Assembly (NCBI GenBank): GCA_963846575.1
Contig: CAWJWJ010000002.1
Location: 2,176,001 to 2,240,000, forward strand
Reading direction: 5' to 3'
DNA length: 64,000 nt
DNA from: an uncultured Nitrospiraceae bacterium
GTDB taxonomy: Bacteria > Nitrospirota > Nitrospiria > Nitrospirales > Nitrospiraceae
Shown in pieces: positions 60,533 to 64,000 of the stretch. Each line of letters begins with the position of its first letter. Within the stretch, counting starts at the first letter, position 1. The position numbers and the translations under genes are program-made. Under the pieces are notes generated by a model, which saw nothing but the letters and a program-made list of their open reading frames with translations, did not search any database and was not told the origin of the DNA.

Positions 60533-61550
60533 CATCATCGGACATGACGGTGCCAAGGCGCTGCTTCGGTCGGCGATTATGCAGGACCGGGTCGCGCACG
60601 CGTATCTCTTTCACGGCGAGGACCGGATCGGGAAACGCCTGCTCGCTCTGCGCCTGGCGCAGGCACTGCTGTGCGAAACCTTGCCGGTCGACCAAGTGCC
60701 CGAGGCCTGTGGCACCTGCCGGGCCTGCCGTCAGGTGGACGCGAGAACCCATCCGGATTTTATGGTGATCGAGCCGGATCGCGAACAGGCCAATCCGCAG
60801 ATCAAGATCGAATTGATTCGCGACATCGAGCATCAGATGATCTATCGGCCGCTGATCGGTGATCGCAAAATCTGCCTGATCGACGACGCGGACCGCATGA
60901 CGATCGGTGCCGCCAACGCATTACTCAAAACGTTGGAGGAACCACCGGACCACAGTCTGTTCATTCTGGTCTCGAGCCGGCCCTATGCTCTTCCCGCCAC
61001 GATCCGCTCTCGATGCCAGGCATTACGACTCACGGCCCCCGCGCAGACGCAGGTTGAGGCCGCCGTCATTTTGAGACGCGAACTGCCGCCAGCCGACGCG
61101 CATTTTCTGGCGGTCCTGAGTGACGGACAGTTGGGACGGGCGCTGGAGTGCGATCTGGCTCAGGCACGGAACAGTCAAAAGGAATTTTCCGCCATCTTTT
61201 CGGCCCAGGGACTGCAATCCTTCAGCACCATTCTCGCCTCGGCCGAAGCCCTGGCCAAGGGAGAACGCGGCCTGGAGGCGTTCGACTGGCTGCTCCGGTG
61301 GTTGCGTGATGTCCTCCTTCTCGCTGTGGGCGCCGGTTCGGATCACGTGCTCAACCTGGAACAGCGTCACGCCATGCAAACCCTGGCCGAACGCATCGAC
61401 ATCGACGAGCTGCTGAACCTGATTGGCGATCTCGAAAAGGTGGAACGACAGGCCCATCGCAACCTGAATCTTCAAATGGCGCTCGAGACCATTTTGTTAC
61501 GGGTCCGTCATTTGCTTACGCCTCAGCAGAACGCCGACGCGGGGCGATAG
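60519..61550 (+). CDS. holB: DNA polymerase III subunit delta'
   Basis: HAYLFHG, CGTCRAC, HPD, AANALLKTLEEP, TIRSRC. Confidence 0.96.
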   Translation: MPFADIIGHDGAKALLRSAIMQDRVAHAYLFHGEDRIGKRLLALRLAQALLCETLPVDQVPEACGTCRACRQVDARTHPDFMVIEPDREQANPQIKIELIRDIEHQMIYRPLIGDRKICLIDDADRMTIGAANALLKTLEEPPDHSLFILVSSRPYALPATIRSRCQALRLTAPAQTQVEAAVILRRELPPADAHFLAVLSDGQLGRALECDLAQARNSQKEFSAIFSAQGLQSFSTILASAEALAKGERGLEAFDWLLRWLRDVLLLAVGAGSDHVLNLEQRHAMQTLAERIDIDELLNLIGDLEKVERQAHRNLNLQMALETILLRVRHLLTPQQNADAGR

Positions 61551-61595
61551 CCTAGCTTTCACCGTCGGCATCTTGTTATCTTCATCCCACGACTC

Positions 61596-63602
61596 ATGAG
61601 CGACTCCGGCACCTTCTACATCACGACGCCCATTTACTACGTCAACGACGTGCCGCACATCGGCCATGCCTACACGACCGTGGCCGCCGACGTGCTCGCG
61701 CGCTACTGGCGATTGCGCGGGCGCGAGGTGTTCTTTCTGACCGGCCTGGACGAACATGGGCAGAAGGTGCAGCAGGCCGCGGCAAAGGCCGGCATCGACC
61801 CGCAGGCCCATTGCGACCGGCTCGCCCCGCAGTTCACGAACCTCTGGGAACGGTTGAACATTGCGAACGATGCGTTCATCCGAACCACCGATCCCCGCCA
61901 CAAAGAGATGGTTCAACGATACCTTCAGAAACTGTTCGATAACAAATTGATTTACAAGGCAGACTACACGGGATGGTACTGCACGTTCGACGAACGGTTC
62001 TGGACGGAGAAAGACGTGCTGGACGGCATCTGTCCTGATTGCAAAAGACCAATCGAACGGCTCAGCGAACACAACTATTTCTTCAAGATGGGTCAGTACC
62101 AGAACCTGCTGATCGAACACATCCGTAGCCACCCGCAATTCATCCGACCCGATTCGCGCCGTAACGAAGTGCTGGGATTCCTGCAGACACAAAAACTCGG
62201 CGACCTCTCGATCTCCCGTCCCAAATCCCGTCTGTCCTGGGGTATCGAATTGCCGTTCGATAAAGAGTATGTGACCTACGTGTGGTTCGATGCCCTGGTG
62301 AATTACGTCTCCGCCCTCGAATACACACCCGGGCTGAAGCGGTTCTGGCCCGCTGATGTTCATCTCGTCGGCAAGGATATCCTCACGACCCACGCCGTGT
62401 ACTGGTCCACGATGCTGATGGCACTGGAGCTGACACTTCCGGACACGATCTTCGCCCACGGTTGGTGGACGGTCGATGGCGAGAAAATGTCCAAGAGCCG
62501 CGGCAATGTCGTCGATCCCAACGCCATGATCGATCAGTTCGGCGTGGATGCCTTCCGCTACTTCCTCCTGCGCGAGGTGCCGTTCGGGCAGGATGGAGAC
62601 TTTTCCCAGGCCGCCCTGGTCGGTCGCATCAATAGTGACCTCGCAAATGGCCTGGGCAACCTGTTAAGTCGCACCGTGACGATGATTGAGCGATATTGCG
62701 GAGGCAAGATTCCCCCTTCCCATTCCGGGTTTGAGGAACACGAAAACACCCTGGAGAACGCAGTCCGGGAGTCGGCGGAGCAGATTGAAGAATTGCTATC
62801 CAGCTTCCAATTTAATCGCGTTTTGGAATGCATTTGGAATGTCATTCAGGCTGCTGACCAATACATTGAATCTCAGCAACCCTGGAAACTTGCCAAGGAA
62901 CAAGACCGGAGAATTAGACTTGAACAAGTGCTGTACAGGCTTGCGGAAACATTACGACACGTCGCCCATCATCTCGCACCGTTCATGCCGAATACTGCGA
63001 AGGAGATAATCTGCCAACTCGGGCTTGTTGATAGGGATAGGAAAAGAGACGAAGTGCTGTCATGGGGAGAGCTCCCGTCAGGCACATCAGTAAACAAAGG
63101 CGCCTCCCTCTTCCCTCGTATCGAATCTAAATCACAAGGAGCCAAACACGTGAGCGACCCATCCGCATCCACGCCACCGCTTCCCACGGCGCCGACCACG
63201 GCACCCACTGCGCCGTCCTCTGCCACCCCCGCGCCGCAGACCTCCGCTCCTGCTGCTGCCCCTCTACCTCCTGCGCCTCCACAAATCACCATCGATGAAT
63301 TTATGAAGGTTCAACTCAAGACAGCGAAGGTATTGACGGCGGAGCGGGTGCCGAAATCGGAGAAGCTCCTGAAGCTTCAAGTCAGCCTGGGCAGTGAACA
63401 GCGACAGATTGTCGCCGGCATCGGCAAAAAGTATGACCCGGAAGCGTTGATTGGAAAGACCATCGTCATCGTGGCAAATCTGAAACCAGCCAAACTGATG
63501 GGCATCGAATCGCAAGGCATGGTCCTCGCGGCAGGCGACAGCGAAGTGCGCGGCCTCATGACCCTGCTGGAAGACGTGGAGCCCGGCACCAAGGTGAAAT
63601 GA
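61596..63602 (+). CDS. metG: methionyl-tRNA synthetase with C-terminal tRNA-binding domain
   Basis: YITTPIYYVN, HIGH, YVWFDAL, KMSKS, C-terminal ANLKPAKLMGIESQGM. Confidence 0.98.
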   Translation: MSDSGTFYITTPIYYVNDVPHIGHAYTTVAADVLARYWRLRGREVFFLTGLDEHGQKVQQAAAKAGIDPQAHCDRLAPQFTNLWERLNIANDAFIRTTDPRHKEMVQRYLQKLFDNKLIYKADYTGWYCTFDERFWTEKDVLDGICPDCKRPIERLSEHNYFFKMGQYQNLLIEHIRSHPQFIRPDSRRNEVLGFLQTQKLGDLSISRPKSRLSWGIELPFDKEYVTYVWFDALVNYVSALEYTPGLKRFWPADVHLVGKDILTTHAVYWSTMLMALELTLPDTIFAHGWWTVDGEKMSKSRGNVVDPNAMIDQFGVDAFRYFLLREVPFGQDGDFSQAALVGRINSDLANGLGNLLSRTVTMIERYCGGKIPPSHSGFEEHENTLENAVRESAEQIEELLSSFQFNRVLECIWNVIQAADQYIESQQPWKLAKEQDRRIRLEQVLYRLAETLRHVAHHLAPFMPNTAKEIICQLGLVDRDRKRDEVLSWGELPSGTSVNKGASLFPRIESKSQGAKHVSDPSASTPPLPTAPTTAPTAPSSATPAPQTSAPAAAPLPPAPPQITIDEFMKVQLKTAKVLTAERVPKSEKLLKLQVSLGSEQRQIVAGIGKKYDPEALIGKTIVIVANLKPAKLMGIESQGMVLAAGDSEVRGLMTLLEDVEPGTKVK

Positions 63603-64000
63603 TTCACCCTGCCTTCATCCGCCTGACGGCCATCTGCCTGTTCGTGCTGCTGAGCAGCGCGGCTGACGCGTTCACACCGGAGCCGGCAGAATCGGAGATC
63701 GAAGCCAAAGCCCATTATAACGATCCCGTCTCCACGACGGTGGTCGTGCGGGTCGTGGCCCACCGCGCGCTGGCGCTGGGGGCAGGAGTCGGAGGCGCAC
63801 GTGTGACGATTACGGATGTGGCGACCGGGCAAATTCTTGCGTCCGGCCTGCAACAGGGCGAACCGGGCGATCAAATGCAGATCATGCGCACGCCACACCT
63901 CATGGAAGAACCGGTGTATAGCGCCAGACCGGCGGCCTCATTCACCACCACGCTGGACCTGGCCCGCCCCACGGTCGTCGAGATCGCCGCCGAAGGCCCG
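63599..64000 (+). CDS. secreted hypothetical protein, 5' part (runs off window edge)
   Basis: ATGA overlap with the metG stop; open frame MIHPAFIRLTAICLFVLLSSAADAFTPEP...VVVRVVAHRALALGAGVGGARVTITD...EIAAEGP with a signal peptide. Confidence 0.75.
   Translation, partial: MIHPAFIRLTAICLFVLLSSAADAFTPEPAESEIEAKAHYNDPVSTTVVVRVVAHRALALGAGVGGARVTITDVATGQILASGLQQGEPGDQMQIMRTPHLMEEPVYSARPAASFTTTLDLARPTVVEIAAEGP

Noticed and set aside
63150..63285. Pro/Ala/Thr-rich low-complexity stretch in metG
   Set aside because: Ordinary flexible linker before the C-terminal tRNA-binding domain; not a tandem repeat array.

Overview
Bacterial chromosomal window, most likely from Nitrospira/Nitrospirota. This is inferred from the gene order gatC-panD-gatA-DUF948-YtxH-gatB, the protein styles and an intergenic repeat; it is not database-confirmed. 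The left ~37 kb is a lower-GC surface-polysaccharide locus encoded entirely on the minus strand and running off the left edge. A sigma-54-type promoter precedes two short Wza/OPX proteins, an outer-membrane beta-barrel, a Wzc kinase, and an XrtA/PEP-CTERM-type priming sugar transferase and deacetylase. These are followed by a Wzm/Wzt ABC exporter, an unusual RfbF + NDP-glucose dehydrogenase + decarboxylase + C-methyltransferase module, several glycosyltransferases and many tailoring enzymes (carbamoyltransferase, amidotransferase, two SGNH proteins, FemAB-like, DegT-like). Directly upstream lie a decayed PilZ gene, a divergent LuxR-type regulator and a phosphonate biosynthesis pair (PEP mutase-nucleotidyltransferase fusion and phosphonopyruvate decarboxylase). 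The right ~21 kb is higher-GC housekeeping DNA (glgA, recO, mgtE, era, ftsB, eno, gatCAB with panD, glmS, glmU, tmk, holB, metG). Top leads: a putative CDP-linked 3-C-methyl-pentose pathway, a candidate phosphonoglycan system, three in-frame G9 tracts in the polysaccharide genes, and compositional mosaics inside wzt and metG. No tRNA, rRNA, CRISPR array or transposase was recognised.
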